Made by a program: the position numbers and the translations under genes
Shown: in pieces, positions 9,981-20,389 of the stretch
How the letters are laid out: every line of letters starts with the position of its first letter
Numbering within the stretch: the stretch's first letter is position 1
The notes under the pieces: model-generated
What the model was told of the DNA's origin: nothing
What the model saw: the letters and a program-made list of their open reading frames with translations, nothing else
Database searches by the model: none
Source: Reclinomonas americana ATCC 50394
Lineage: Eukaryota
Length of the DNA stretch: 64,000 bases
Direction: 5' to 3'
Assembly: GCA_048213135.1 (NCBI GenBank)
Contig: PS015009.1
Span: forward strand, 2,046,001-2,110,000

Positions 9981-9988
9981 TACCTTTG
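9981..9988 (+). promoter_or_regulatory. Bacteroidota -7 promoter element (TAnnTTTG) for serS
   Basis: TACCTTTG 16 nt upstream of ATG 10005. Confidence 0.7.
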
Positions 9989-10004
9989 CACAAATTTTCA
10001 GAAC

Positions 10005-11273
10005 ATGTTACAGATCAGTTATATCAGGCAACATGGGGCTTTGGTGAAAGAACGCCTGGCTGTAAAACATTTTGCCGATACCGACCTGGTAGACAGGATC
10101 CTTGAAGCGGATGAGCAACTGCGCAAACTCAAAACCGAAACGGAAAGCCTGCAGGCCAGCATCAACAGCGCCAGTAAAGAGATTGGCGCGCTGATGGGAA
10201 AAGGGGAAAAAGACAAAGCGGAAGAAAAACGCCGCGAAGTAACACAGCATAAGGAAACGCAGCAATCGCTGAACCAGCGCCTGGCAGATGCCGAAAAATC
10301 GCTGCATGATGAGATCGTGAAACTGCCCAACCTGCCACATACTTCAGTGCCGGCCGGCTCCACACCGGAGGACAATGTGGTGGTTCGCGAAGGCGGTATC
10401 AAACCACAACTGCCGGAGGGCGCACAACCTCACTGGGAGCTGATCAAAAAATACGATATCGTTGATTTTGAGACCGGCGTTAAACTGACCGGCCGCGGAT
10501 TTCCTTTATATAAAGGCAAAGGCGCCAGGCTGCAGCGTGCCCTCATCCAGTATTTCCTGGATTATAATACAGGCGCGGGTTATACGGAATACATGCCACC
10601 GCATATGGTGAATGAGGCTTCCGCGTACGGTACAGGGCAGCTACCCGATAAAGAAGGTCAGATGTACCATGTAACGGCCGATGGCTTTTACCTGATACCT
10701 ACCGCTGAAGTACCGGTAACCAATATTTACCGCGATGAGATATTGAAAGCGGAAGACCTGCCGGTAAAGATGACGGCTTACACACCCTGTTTCCGCCGCG
10801 AAGCGGGAAGTTTTGGTGCCGATGTACGCGGGCTGAACCGGGTACACCAGTTTGATAAGGTAGAGATCGTACAGATCGTTCACCCCGATAAAAGCTATGA
10901 CACCCTGGAAGAAATGGTGCTGCACATTGAGCGCTTGCTCATTTTCCTGCAACTGCCTTACCGCATCCTGCGTTTATGCGGCGGCGATATGAGTTTTACA
11001 TCAGCGCTTACTTATGATTTCGAAGTATACAGCGCGGCACAGCAAAAATGGCTGGAAGTGAGTTCTGTAAGTAATTTCGAAAGTTTCCAGACCAACCGTA
11101 TGAAGATCCGCTACCGCGATGACCAGGGTAAAACCCAGTTGACGCATTCACTCAACGGCTCTTCACTGGCCCTGCCACGTATACTGGCCTGCCTCCTGGA
11201 AAATAACCAGCAGGAAGACGGTATCCGCCTGCCGGAAGTACTGCACGGGTATTTCGGCGCGGCATCTATCTGA
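10005..11273 (+). CDS. serS: Serine--tRNA ligase
   Basis: LIPTAEVP, FRREAG, GLNRVHQFDKVE, EVSSVSN, LNGSSLA. Confidence 0.98.
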   Translation: MLQISYIRQHGALVKERLAVKHFADTDLVDRILEADEQLRKLKTETESLQASINSASKEIGALMGKGEKDKAEEKRREVTQHKETQQSLNQRLADAEKSLHDEIVKLPNLPHTSVPAGSTPEDNVVVREGGIKPQLPEGAQPHWELIKKYDIVDFETGVKLTGRGFPLYKGKGARLQRALIQYFLDYNTGAGYTEYMPPHMVNEASAYGTGQLPDKEGQMYHVTADGFYLIPTAEVPVTNIYRDEILKAEDLPVKMTAYTPCFRREAGSFGADVRGLNRVHQFDKVEIVQIVHPDKSYDTLEEMVLHIERLLIFLQLPYRILRLCGGDMSFTSALTYDFEVYSAAQQKWLEVSSVSNFESFQTNRMKIRYRDDQGKTQLTHSLNGSSLALPRILACLLENNQQEDGIRLPEVLHGYFGAASI

Positions 11274-11290
11274 TATAACTATGTTTAAAT

Positions 11291-11327
11291 AAAAAAAGAG
11301 GTTGTCATTTCCGGCAACCTCTTTTTT
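11291..11327. terminator. Bidirectional intrinsic terminator (serS / metalloprotease)
   Basis: AAAAAAAGAGGTTGTC-atttcc-GGCAACCTCTTTTTT between convergent genes. Confidence 0.85.
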
Positions 11328-11346
11328 ATTTATCGTGAGCTAATGC

Positions 11347-12327
11347 TTACGGTTGAGCGAAACTGTTTCTAGGTCCGCCAACGGCAAAAACGGCGAGCAT
11401 TCTTGTTTTCTGGTTGGCAGAGAACATATACATGCAGGCATCGTCGGTGTAGTCCATATAGTTCATGGTCATTTCAACCGGGGTTCCGGTGCAGGTACTT
11501 TTATGACCTGCTGCAGGGCAGCCATAGTTAGCCGCGTTGTGCAGGGGTGTGTCGCCGCAGAAGTCATTGCCGCAGGTGGCATCGCCCCAGATATGACGAA
11601 GGTTCAGCCAGTGACCGATCTCGTGTGTGGCAGTGCGTCCTTTGTTGAAGGGTGCCGCCGCGGTACCGGTTGTTCCGGTAGCATTATCATCGCAAACCAC
11701 ACCATCGGTAGCGGAGCTGCCGCCGGGGAACTGCGCATAACCCAGGATGCCACCGCTGAGGTTGCACACCCACAGGTTAAGTTTGGTTGTGGGACTGGTG
11801 GGATTGATACCGCCCTGCGATGATTTTTTCATGGCATCGTTGGTTTTCCAGCTGGTTTTGGTGGTGCTTTTGCGAACGACCTGGTCCAGCACGAAACGGA
11901 TGCCGATATTGCCGGAAGCTACCGGCTGGAAGATGGCGGGAATATTGCCATAGTCACTGTTGGTGGCGCTGTAGTCCTGGTTCAGTACATCTATCTGTGA
12001 CTGTATCTGGGCGTCTGAAATATTTTGCGCTGCTGTTTTATAAAGCACGTTCACAACAACGGGAATCTCAATCGTACCGTCGGGCAGCAGCCTGGCAGCA
12101 TTGGGATTGTCGATAAACTGTTGTGTAAATGCCTCTATCCGGTTCATCCGGTCGGCAAGCCCGGGGTCTGCTTTCAGTTGTTCCTGTAATACCTCATTAC
12201 TGTAACAGATCCGCTGACCGGGTACACCGGTTTCTTCTGAAGCAGGATCCATGGAGGGTTCGGTATTCTTCTGGCAGGAGAGCAACAATAAGCCTATCGC
12301 AAATAGCGGGGTGATGATCTTCTTCAT
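11347..12327 (-). CDS. Zinc metalloprotease, M43 (pappalysin/ulilysin) family lipoprotein
   Basis: Lipobox LLSC; HEIGHWLNLRHIWGD; MNYMDYTDD Met-turn. Confidence 0.93.
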   Translation of the reverse strand: MKKIITPLFAIGLLLLSCQKNTEPSMDPASEETGVPGQRICYSNEVLQEQLKADPGLADRMNRIEAFTQQFIDNPNAARLLPDGTIEIPVVVNVLYKTAAQNISDAQIQSQIDVLNQDYSATNSDYGNIPAIFQPVASGNIGIRFVLDQVVRKSTTKTSWKTNDAMKKSSQGGINPTSPTTKLNLWVCNLSGGILGYAQFPGGSSATDGVVCDDNATGTTGTAAAPFNKGRTATHEIGHWLNLRHIWGDATCGNDFCGDTPLHNAANYGCPAAGHKSTCTGTPVEMTMNYMDYTDDACMYMFSANQKTRMLAVFAVGGPRNSFAQP

Positions 12328-12571
12328 AGCGATTGATTTTATGGTTTATAATAAAGTAAAATAATGTGTTGCATCCAACAGAAAAAAGTAATAATACGCA
12401 AAGCGAACATATTAAAATTATAATAATATTTAAAAGCTTGTCATTACATAAAATTTTTTTTCACTTGAATAAGGGCTTCACGTCTTTATATTGATGGTTG
12501 ATGGGTTTATGGGAAAGTCCCTTATATTTACTTTTTAAAAATTTTACAAAAAGGTTACAAAAAGTATCAAA

Positions 12572-13009
12572 ATGAAAAAAGCTATTGCCGTATTAGCCCT
12601 CACTTCCCTGGTATGGAGTTGTTCAAAAAAAATGAGTCCTGCCAAATCGGACCCTAATACTCCCAATACCGGAAACGTAGTGTCTAATCCTTCTTCAGGT
12701 GATAACATGAAAAATGCGCCTGCTGTAAATGCCACTACAACCCAGGCCGCAACGGCAACTCCGATTGCCAATACCGGTGAAACGGGATCAAAAGTAGCCC
12801 CGGTCACTTCGGGTAACGATGCGGCTCTCAAAGCCGGCCAGGAAACGTACAATGCCAAATGCGGCCGCTGCCACGGACTGAAAGTGACCACCGATTATAC
12901 GTCTGACCGCTGGATCAGCATTATGCAGGTAATGGCGCCCAAGGCCAGGCTCGACGAAACTGAAAAAGCCAATGTTCTGGCTTATGTTCAGGCCAATTCC
13001 AAAAAATAA
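12572..13009 (+). CDS. Mono-haem c-type cytochrome lipoprotein
   Basis: Lipobox VWSC; low-complexity linker; CGRCH haem motif; distal Met (MQVMAPKA). Confidence 0.8.
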   Translation: MKKAIAVLALTSLVWSCSKKMSPAKSDPNTPNTGNVVSNPSSGDNMKNAPAVNATTTQAATATPIANTGETGSKVAPVTSGNDAALKAGQETYNAKCGRCHGLKVTTDYTSDRWISIMQVMAPKARLDETEKANVLAYVQANSKK

Positions 13010-13058
13010 AGGAACGGTACCGTTCCCGGAAATATATTTTCCCGCTGATATCATTGTA

Positions 13059-13092
13059 AGCCGCCGGATTTCCTCCGGCGGTTTTATTTTTT
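13059..13092 (+). terminator. Intrinsic terminator
   Basis: GCCGCCGGA-tttcc-TCCGGCGGT followed by TTTATTTTTT. Confidence 0.75.
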
Positions 13093-13170
13093 CAGATTTT
13101 TGATTAAACTTAGAGGAGAATTTCCGGTCTCATCCTGGTGTCTTTGCTTTACCGATAAACTCCAACACTT

Positions 13171-14616
13171 ATGGCGCTTTCCAATCGTTTAAAAACCCAG
13201 CACTTATTATGGCGGGCCGCTTTTGGCCCTATGGCCGAAAATGCTTCGGAACTCGATACGACCACACCCAAAAAAATGTGGGAGCTGTTGCTTAAGACCT
13301 CTTCAAAAGCACCTGCGAAGATCAATGTGGCGCAAAACCTGGAAGAGTTGCTTTACAACGGTAATGAACCCATGGGTGCGGGACGAAAGCAACTGGATGC
13401 CGACCAGCGCAGAAAGATAAGGGAACAATCCCGCGACGATATCAAGAACCTCAACATCCGATGGCTCGATGAAATGATCAACAGTGAAGCACAACTGCGG
13501 GAAAAAATGAGCTTGTTCTGGCATGGACATTTTGCCAGCCGCGTTGTCAACAGTTATTTTCAACAAGAGCTCCTGCAGGTGGTACGGGAGAATGCGCTGG
13601 GCAGTTTCAAAGATCTTTTACGTCAGGTAAGCAAAAGCGCTTCCATGCTTTCCTTTCTCAATAACCAGCAGAACCGCAAACAACATCCCAATGAAAATTT
13701 CGCCCGTGAAGTGATGGAACTCTTCACCATGGGCCGGGGCAATTATACCGAGAATGATGTGAAGGAAGCAGCCAGGGCCTTTACCGGCTGGGGGTTTAAC
13801 CTGAAGGGAGAATTCGTGTTCAGGAAAAACCAGCACGACGACGGGAAGAAGACCGTACTCGGACGCACCGGGGATTTCGGTGGCGATGAGGTCATCGACA
13901 TCCTGCTGGAACAAAAACAAACAGCCAAATTCATTACAGCCAAGATCTACCGCTTTTTCGTGAACGATGATATAGACCCCGCGAAAGTGGAATGGCTCAG
14001 CGGAAGGTTTTACAGCAGCGGCTACGATATAAAAAAATTACTGGAAGACATATATACCAGCGACTGGTTTTATGATGAAAAGAACATCGGCAACCGGATT
14101 AAATCACCGGTAGAATTGCTGGCCGGCATCCGCAGGCTGTTGCCCATGGAAATGGAGAACGACCAGGCGCAGCTGCTTTTCCAGCGGGCACTGGGGCAGA
14201 TCCTGTTCTACCCGCCCAATGTGGCGGGCTGGCCCGGGGGCAGGAGCTGGATCGACAGCAGTTCACTCATGCTTAGGATGCGCATACCGCAAATGATAAC
14301 AGCCAACGAAGCGCTTGATGTAAGGCCTAAATCCGATGATGATGTAATGATGGGCATGATGCAGGCCGGCGCGAAACAATTGAAAGAAGCCGCCCGTGGC
14401 GCCACCGCGAAAATCGACTGGACACTCGTAAATAAGGTATTTGAAAAAGTGCCAAGAGAGCAACTGCTTCCCGTGATCACTGCTACGGTATTGCAGATCA
14501 GACAGCAACCCGCCATGAGCACCATCAGCAAATACATTAACAATGAGAACCGCGAAAATTATGTCAAGAGCGCAATAGTCAACCTGATGAGTACACCGGA
14601 ATACCAGCTGTGCTGA
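13171..14616 (+). CDS. DUF1800 domain protein
   Basis: LREKMSLFWHGHF, PNENFAREVMELFTMG, ARAFTGW, PPNVAGW, STPEYQLC. Confidence 0.93.
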   Translation: MALSNRLKTQHLLWRAAFGPMAENASELDTTTPKKMWELLLKTSSKAPAKINVAQNLEELLYNGNEPMGAGRKQLDADQRRKIREQSRDDIKNLNIRWLDEMINSEAQLREKMSLFWHGHFASRVVNSYFQQELLQVVRENALGSFKDLLRQVSKSASMLSFLNNQQNRKQHPNENFAREVMELFTMGRGNYTENDVKEAARAFTGWGFNLKGEFVFRKNQHDDGKKTVLGRTGDFGGDEVIDILLEQKQTAKFITAKIYRFFVNDDIDPAKVEWLSGRFYSSGYDIKKLLEDIYTSDWFYDEKNIGNRIKSPVELLAGIRRLLPMEMENDQAQLLFQRALGQILFYPPNVAGWPGGRSWIDSSSLMLRMRIPQMITANEALDVRPKSDDDVMMGMMQAGAKQLKEAARGATAKIDWTLVNKVFEKVPREQLLPVITATVLQIRQQPAMSTISKYINNENRENYVKSAIVNLMSTPEYQLC

Positions 14617-14667
14617 TATAACGGAAACGGGTAAACGAAAATAATCATCCAACGAAACATTACCGAT

Positions 14668-15861
14668 ATGGTCATCAAACGCAGGGAATTTTTACAGGTA
14701 GGCTCCTTAGCCACGGCTTCCTTTATGCTGCCCAAATTTTTGAAGGCATTTGAAAAGCCCATGATGGTACCGCCGGGCAACAAAGTAGTGGTGGTAATAC
14801 AGTTCAGCGGTGGCAACGACGGACTCAATACCGTTATACCCGTCCGCAACGACATTTATTACCGCGAAAGGCCCAAGCTGGGTATCGTAAAAGATAAATC
14901 GGTTTTGCTTACTGATGAAGTAGGGCTAAACCCGGCGCTGGAAGCGTTTAAAGGGTTGTACGATGATGGCAGCCTGGGCATTCTCAACAATGTAGGCTAC
15001 CCGAATCCCGACCGTTCGCATTTCCGCAGCATGGACATCTGGCACAGCGCCAGCGACAGCAACCAGTATCTCAACACCGGCTGGGTGGGCCGTTACCTGG
15101 ATGCACAGTGCAAGGGCTGCGACAAACCCACGCAGGCCATGGAACTGGACGATGTACTGAGCCTGGCGCTGAAAGGAGATGACAATAAAGGACTGGCCTT
15201 TAAAGACCCGAGAAAATTATTCAATACCAGTAACGGGAAATTCTTCAAAGACATCAACAATGCACACCAGCACGGCGAAGAAACCATCGACTATTTATAT
15301 AAAACGATGAGTGCCACGCTGAGCAGCGCAGATTATATTTTCCAGCAGAGCAAGGCGCATCCATCCGCGGAAACTTATCCTGGTACAGAGCTGGGTAAGG
15401 ACCTGAAAACGATCGCTTCGCTTATCTTCTCCGACATCAATACCAAAGTGTATTATGTTTCGCTGGGCAGTTTTGATACCCACGTGAACCAGGAAGGACA
15501 GCAGAAAAGGCTGTTCACTGAATTGAACGACGCGGTAAAAGCATTTACCAGCGACCTGAAAAAGAACGGTCGTTTTGAAGATGTGATGATCATGACCTTC
15601 TCTGAATTCGGGCGTCGTGTGGCGCAGAATGCCAGCGGTGGTACCGACCACGGAACGGCGAATAACATGTTCTTCATCAGCGGCGGACTGAAACAGAAAG
15701 GCATATTGAATGCCATGCCCGACCTGGCCGATCTGAATGAAGGTGACCTGAAGTATAAAGTAGATTTTAAAAATGTCTATGCCACCGTGCTGAACCGCTG
15801 GCTGGGGGCCAATGACAAAGCCATATTGGGCAAGCAGTACGACCTGCTCGATTTTGTATAG
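14668..15861 (+). CDS. DUF1501 domain protein with Tat signal
   Basis: KRREFL twin-Arg; GGNDGLNT, RSHFRS, FDTH, SEFGRR, GTDHG. Confidence 0.93.
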   Translation: MVIKRREFLQVGSLATASFMLPKFLKAFEKPMMVPPGNKVVVVIQFSGGNDGLNTVIPVRNDIYYRERPKLGIVKDKSVLLTDEVGLNPALEAFKGLYDDGSLGILNNVGYPNPDRSHFRSMDIWHSASDSNQYLNTGWVGRYLDAQCKGCDKPTQAMELDDVLSLALKGDDNKGLAFKDPRKLFNTSNGKFFKDINNAHQHGEETIDYLYKTMSATLSSADYIFQQSKAHPSAETYPGTELGKDLKTIASLIFSDINTKVYYVSLGSFDTHVNQEGQQKRLFTELNDAVKAFTSDLKKNGRFEDVMIMTFSEFGRRVAQNASGGTDHGTANNMFFISGGLKQKGILNAMPDLADLNEGDLKYKVDFKNVYATVLNRWLGANDKAILGKQYDLLDFV

Positions 15862-15886
15862 TTTTTAGCATTATAGTTTTACGGGA

Positions 15887-15914
15887 GGGCGTCTTATGAC
15901 GCCTTTTCTTTTTT
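15887..15914 (+). terminator. Intrinsic terminator
   Basis: GGCGTC-ttat-GACGCC followed by TTTTCTTTTTT. Confidence 0.7.
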
Positions 15915-15952
15915 GAGCAGAGGCGGTACGAATGCGGCAATAATCCTCCCTG

Positions 15953-16363
15953 CTATTCCACCATACCCACCCATTTTTTTATAAGCGCCTCTAATATTTT
16001 CGCTTTAGTTTTCACGTCTCTTTCATCTTTAAAAACAACAGTACGCCTTCCGTCCTTATAATCGCCTTCAAGCAGGCCGGACTGGTCATTGAGTTTGGCC
16101 CCGCCGGGTAATACCAGCATGATCCTGCCTTTATAAATATTGAATACGGCGATTTCACTTTTATATTCTTTGGGATCGAAGGGCTGCATAGGTCCGGAAT
16201 AATAAAAACTGGGATTGTTCCACTTGATGCGTTCGCTGATATGCTTATCGGCACCCAATATGATCTTCCGGACAGCATTCACTGTTTTCGCAATGGCGGG
16301 GTCGAGTGCAGCGATATGTTGCGCCACCTGTTCGGCGTCCGTTAGTTTAGCAGATTTTGCCAT
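15953..16363 (-). CDS. DUF1801 domain protein
   Basis: 'ERIKWNNPSF', 'GLLEGDYKDGRR'. Confidence 0.85.
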   Translation of the reverse strand: MAKSAKLTDAEQVAQHIAALDPAIAKTVNAVRKIILGADKHISERIKWNNPSFYYSGPMQPFDPKEYKSEIAVFNIYKGRIMLVLPGGAKLNDQSGLLEGDYKDGRRTVVFKDERDVKTKAKILEALIKKWVGMVE

Positions 16364-16369
16364 GGGAAT

Positions 16370-16484
16370 AATTACGAATGACGAATGTTTTTGAACGACT
16401 GCGTTCTGTCAATGTATTATTTGTTGCCGGTTATCCGCCAGCTTCTTACATCGTCACATCATCGAATTGGCATATTTTCACATT
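16370..16484. repeat. Intergenic tandem arrays: heptamer arm plus opposing octamer arm
   Basis: AATTACG AATGACG AATG (16370-16387; same unit as the four-helix-bundle IR). ATCGTCAC ATCATCGA ATTGGCAT ATTTTCAC ATT (16450-16484) abuts a stop codon. Confidence 0.6.
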
Positions 16485-18120
16485 AATTAATTCCTTTCTC
16501 CTTCATCACTTTGTTCAGCCATTTGAGCAAAATGAAAAGGAACACCGCGGCGGAGAACAATAAAATAAAGTTGAGCCAGAAATAATTCGCCTTGTCATCA
16601 TACTCATCCCACTTACTGGCCAGTATACCGCTGAGTTTGTTGCCGATGGAAGTAGAGAGGAACCAGCCACCCATCATGAGCGAGGTAATGCGCACCGGGC
16701 TTAGTTTCGATACCAGCGAAAGCCCCATCGGGCTCAGGAACAATTCCCCGATCGTGATCACGCCATAACTGCCGATAAGCCACCAAACGCTTACTTTCTC
16801 AGCGCCATTATTACCTGCTTTTACCGCAGCCACCATAATTAAAACGGATAAGGCGGAGATCAGCAAACCAAAAGCGATCTTGGTGGGTGTAGACGGTTCT
16901 TTGCCTTTTCTTCGCAACCAGGTGAAGAAAGCGACGACCAGTGGTGTAAGTACAATCACCCAGAAAGGATTGATCGACTGGCTGAGACTCGCTACCCATA
17001 CCTGTACTTTACCACCGTTTTCCGGGGTTTCTTCTTTTACAATATTCTTAAAATACGATGGGTAACCCAGTTCTTTTACTTCTTTACCATTCTCTTTTAT
17101 TTTCCTGAACTGGTTATCCGTTTTGGTAACCGAATCCATTTTATAGGTAAGTGATTCTGTGAGTTTGAGTGAAGAAAAAAGATTGCCTCCTGCACCGCTT
17201 ACATGTCTTTCCGTATAACGGCTGGCCCAGGTGTTAAGTGCCGATCCGTTTTGTTTGAAGATGGCCCAAAACAGGATCACCACTGCAAACACAGCCAGCA
17301 TAGCGGCTATGGCGGGGCGTTCGTTCTTATTGCTGCGCAGGAGCAGGATCACGTAAAACACCGCCACAGGGATACAGGCAAATATGAACGCATCGGTGGA
17401 ATTGGAGTCGAGTAAATAGCCATCGCCTTTAATGAACCACCCGATAGCGCCAAAGATGATGGAAGGTAAAATAACCAACGAAATAATCTGCCACAGCGGC
17501 ATATCGCCGGGCTCCAATGGTTTGCGTACATCGTATGCCGCGTAGTGTTTGGTACCCGCGACGAAGGTGATCACGCCAATGATCATACCCACACCTGCAG
17601 CGATAAAAGCAGCGCCCCAGCCGATCGTTGTGTACAGGGCGGCGCCAAAAAAATTGCAGATAAAGGCACCGATATTGATGCCCATGTAAAAGATATTATA
17701 GCCCTCATCTTTTTGTGCCTTGTATTGCGGTGTAGAATACACATTGCCCAGTAAAGTGGAAATATTGGGTTTGAAAAAACCGTTGCCAATGATCACCAGC
17801 GTCATGGAAATATAGAGCATGGTAATATCATGTACACTCATCAGGCAGTAACCGGCACCCATCAGTAAACCACCGAGTATGATCGATTTGCGGTAGCCGA
17901 GATACCGGTCGGCGATAAGCCCGCCCAGGAAAGGGGTAAAGAAAACCAGCGCAATGAATGTACCATACAGGCTGGCAGAATCCTTTTCATCCATGTTGAA
18001 CCCGTTAACGGCATCTTTCAGGTAAAAAGTAAAAATGCCGATCATCAGGTAATAGCCGAAGCGTTCCCACATTTCGCTGAAGAATAAGAAGGGTAAGGCT
18101 TTAGGATGTTTTTTCCACAT
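16483..18120 (-). CDS. POT/PTR family proton-dependent peptide transporter
   Basis: ExxERFxYY motif (EMWERFGYY), GFFKPNIS, FYMGINIGA, ELFLSPMG; start MWKKHP at 18120. Confidence 0.93.
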   Translation of the reverse strand: MWKKHPKALPFLFFSEMWERFGYYLMIGIFTFYLKDAVNGFNMDEKDSASLYGTFIALVFFTPFLGGLIADRYLGYRKSIILGGLLMGAGYCLMSVHDITMLYISMTLVIIGNGFFKPNISTLLGNVYSTPQYKAQKDEGYNIFYMGINIGAFICNFFGAALYTTIGWGAAFIAAGVGMIIGVITFVAGTKHYAAYDVRKPLEPGDMPLWQIISLVILPSIIFGAIGWFIKGDGYLLDSNSTDAFIFACIPVAVFYVILLLRSNKNERPAIAAMLAVFAVVILFWAIFKQNGSALNTWASRYTERHVSGAGGNLFSSLKLTESLTYKMDSVTKTDNQFRKIKENGKEVKELGYPSYFKNIVKEETPENGGKVQVWVASLSQSINPFWVIVLTPLVVAFFTWLRRKGKEPSTPTKIAFGLLISALSVLIMVAAVKAGNNGAEKVSVWWLIGSYGVITIGELFLSPMGLSLVSKLSPVRITSLMMGGWFLSTSIGNKLSGILASKWDEYDDKANYFWLNFILLFSAAVFLFILLKWLNKVMKEKGIN

Positions 18121-18180
18121 GGAGATTTTGGTTTTTTTATAAGTATGCAATCGTTTTAGAGAACCTGTTATTGTGATATT

Positions 18181-18262
18181 GACGACGGACGACAAGCAAT
18201 CTGCCGGAGATAAAAATATAAGCTAAGCATTAACATGCTCCTGTGGTCAGTGGTCTGTCGTC
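18181..18262. repeat. Inverted pair of heptamer tandem arrays (GACSACD class), about 47-bp spacer
   Basis: Left GACGACG GACGACA; right TGTGGTC AGTGGTC TGTCGTC; ends 4 bp from the OPT stop. Confidence 0.7.
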
Positions 18263-18266
18263 GAAC

Positions 18267-20312
18267 TTATTTCTTCAACGCCGTCCTGTACAATATCCAT
18301 CCCATCAGCGCAAAGAATAATACGCCAAGCAAATAATAGCCATTCACACTTAATCCCGAGCCCAGGCCTTCTTCAAGACTCACATTATTCAGGAACCGTT
18401 CACCGCTATTACTACCGGAGATGAAAGCGATAACCACACCCGCGACAGCGCCGCCTGCAACGAGCCCCGTGGCAAAAAGACTTCCTTTACCCAATTCTTC
18501 TTCTTCTGGTGTAGTCTCAATATGTTCTTTTTTCTTTTTCATATCCACCAGTCCTTTAATAGCGCCACCAATGAAAATAGGCAACGTGGTAGATAAAGGA
18601 AGGTAAGCGCCCACGGCGAAGCTCAGCGATTTGATACCGCAGAGTTCCATCACGATAGCGAGGAAGATACCCACGAATACATATTGCCAGTCGAGGTTGA
18701 AAGAAAGGATGCCCTTGATAAGCGTGGCCATTAATGTGGCCTGCGGTGCCGGGTATTTTTCTGATCCGATGGCATGCTGAACACCCTGCGCCAGCATATC
18801 GCTGCTCGGATTATCGAGGTATTTGATGGTAATGCCAATCACAATAGAAGACACGATGGCGCCAATAAATAAAGCGATCTGCTGGTTACGTGGCGTAGCA
18901 CCAACGATATAACCGCTCTTCAGATCCTGGGATGTGGCGCCGGCATTGGCTGCTGCAATACAGATCATACCGCCTACAACCAGTACAAGCGGTTCGTATG
19001 CCTTTCCTGTCCAGCCCACGGCCATAAAAATAAGACTGGTGCCCATTACCGTGGCAATGGTCATACCGCTGATCGGATTATTGGATGAGCCGATCAATCC
19101 AACGATACGGGATGACACGGTAACGAACAGTGCGCCAAAAACAATGACAAGTATACCAATCAGCAATTTTTGTACAAGACTGTCGCCGGGAACCTGCGGT
19201 AATATGGAAATAAGTACAATAAGCGCAAGACTTCCCAGTCCCACGATCTTGATATTAAGATCACGTTCTGTTCTCAGTACTTCATTTTTACCGGCTTCGG
19301 CAGCGTTTCCTTTAATGGAGCTGATGCTGCCCTTCACTGATTTTACAATGGTGGGTATGGTCTTCACCAGGGTAATAATACCCCCGGCGGCAACAGCGCC
19401 TGCCCCGATCTGGCGGATGAAGGCATAATAGATCGCCGCTGAATAGTCATTGAAAGTATGTGTAGCTGCATTCCACCCGCCTTTACCGCCGTCTTTGGCG
19501 ATGTCTGACAGGTAGCCCAGTTTTACCAGCTGGTGCGCAATGGTATCGGCCGGAACGATGGAAGACAAAAGTGGTATAAATACCAGCCAGCTTAATACGC
19601 CGCCTGCTACGAGTACGCCGGCAATACGTGGCCCGATGATATAACCCACACCCATATACTCAGGTGTGATCTCACCGCTTATTTTAGCGGAAGGAAAAAA
19701 TTTGTTCGTTTGCTGGGTGATAAACTGGGGGGCTTCAGCAATTACGCGGAATATCTTCTGAAGAATGGCATAGCCAAAAGCAACACCCAGTCCCCAGAAA
19801 GCGGTCTTCGCAAAATCGCCGCCTTTTTCCCCGGCTTTCAGTACATCGCCGCAGGCAGTACCTTCCGGGTAGGGAAGGGTTTCATGTTCATTTACGATGA
19901 GGGCTTTACGCAAAGGCACCATCATTAGTGTACCCAGCATACCACCAACAATGGCCAGTATAAGTATGGTGAGGTAATTAAAATAAGTGGCGCTGTCGGG
20001 TGAAGAGAGAAAAAGGAACCCGGGTAAAGTGAACGCTACACCGGATGCTATACTCTCACCGGCGCTGCCCGTGGTTTGAATGATATTGTTCTCAAGAATA
20101 GTGGTCTTGAAAAAACGGCGCCCCAGTGTAATGGCGATCACCGCAATGGGTATGGACGCGGAAACGGTAAGTCCGGCCTTGAGCGCCAGGTAAACAGTTG
20201 CGGCGCCAAAGATGACACCAAAAAGACAGCCCAGTAAAATGGATTTTACCGTCAGCTCTTTCATGAGCGTTTGCGGGGCTACAAAAGGTTGAAAGGTTTT
20301 TTTCTCAGCCAT
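18267..20312 (-). CDS. OPT family oligopeptide transporter
   Basis: YLALKAGLTVSASIP, LENNIIQT, YPEGTAC, SSNNPISG, APQATLM. Confidence 0.93.
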   Translation of the reverse strand: MAEKKTFQPFVAPQTLMKELTVKSILLGCLFGVIFGAATVYLALKAGLTVSASIPIAVIAITLGRRFFKTTILENNIIQTTGSAGESIASGVAFTLPGFLFLSSPDSATYFNYLTILILAIVGGMLGTLMMVPLRKALIVNEHETLPYPEGTACGDVLKAGEKGGDFAKTAFWGLGVAFGYAILQKIFRVIAEAPQFITQQTNKFFPSAKISGEITPEYMGVGYIIGPRIAGVLVAGGVLSWLVFIPLLSSIVPADTIAHQLVKLGYLSDIAKDGGKGGWNAATHTFNDYSAAIYYAFIRQIGAGAVAAGGIITLVKTIPTIVKSVKGSISSIKGNAAEAGKNEVLRTERDLNIKIVGLGSLALIVLISILPQVPGDSLVQKLLIGILVIVFGALFVTVSSRIVGLIGSSNNPISGMTIATVMGTSLIFMAVGWTGKAYEPLVLVVGGMICIAAANAGATSQDLKSGYIVGATPRNQQIALFIGAIVSSIVIGITIKYLDNPSSDMLAQGVQHAIGSEKYPAPQATLMATLIKGILSFNLDWQYVFVGIFLAIVMELCGIKSLSFAVGAYLPLSTTLPIFIGGAIKGLVDMKKKKEHIETTPEEEELGKGSLFATGLVAGGAVAGVVIAFISGSNSGERFLNNVSLEEGLGSGLSVNGYYLLGVLFFALMGWILYRTALKK

Positions 20313-20342
20313 GCCAGTTGGTTTTGATCAAGGAAGTTAAAT

Positions 20343-20372
20343 AAAAAAGGCGATACGGTCAGGTATCGCCTT
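20343..20372 (-). terminator. Intrinsic terminator
   Basis: AAAAAAGGCGATAC-ggtcag-GTATCGCCTT. Confidence 0.75.
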
Positions 20373-20389
20373 GAAGGGAAGACAATATT

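Noticed and set aside
12330-12570. Further 11-bp box array in the AT-rich divergent promoter region
   Set aside because: Only one or two weak matches; periodicity not sustained and explainable by AT content.
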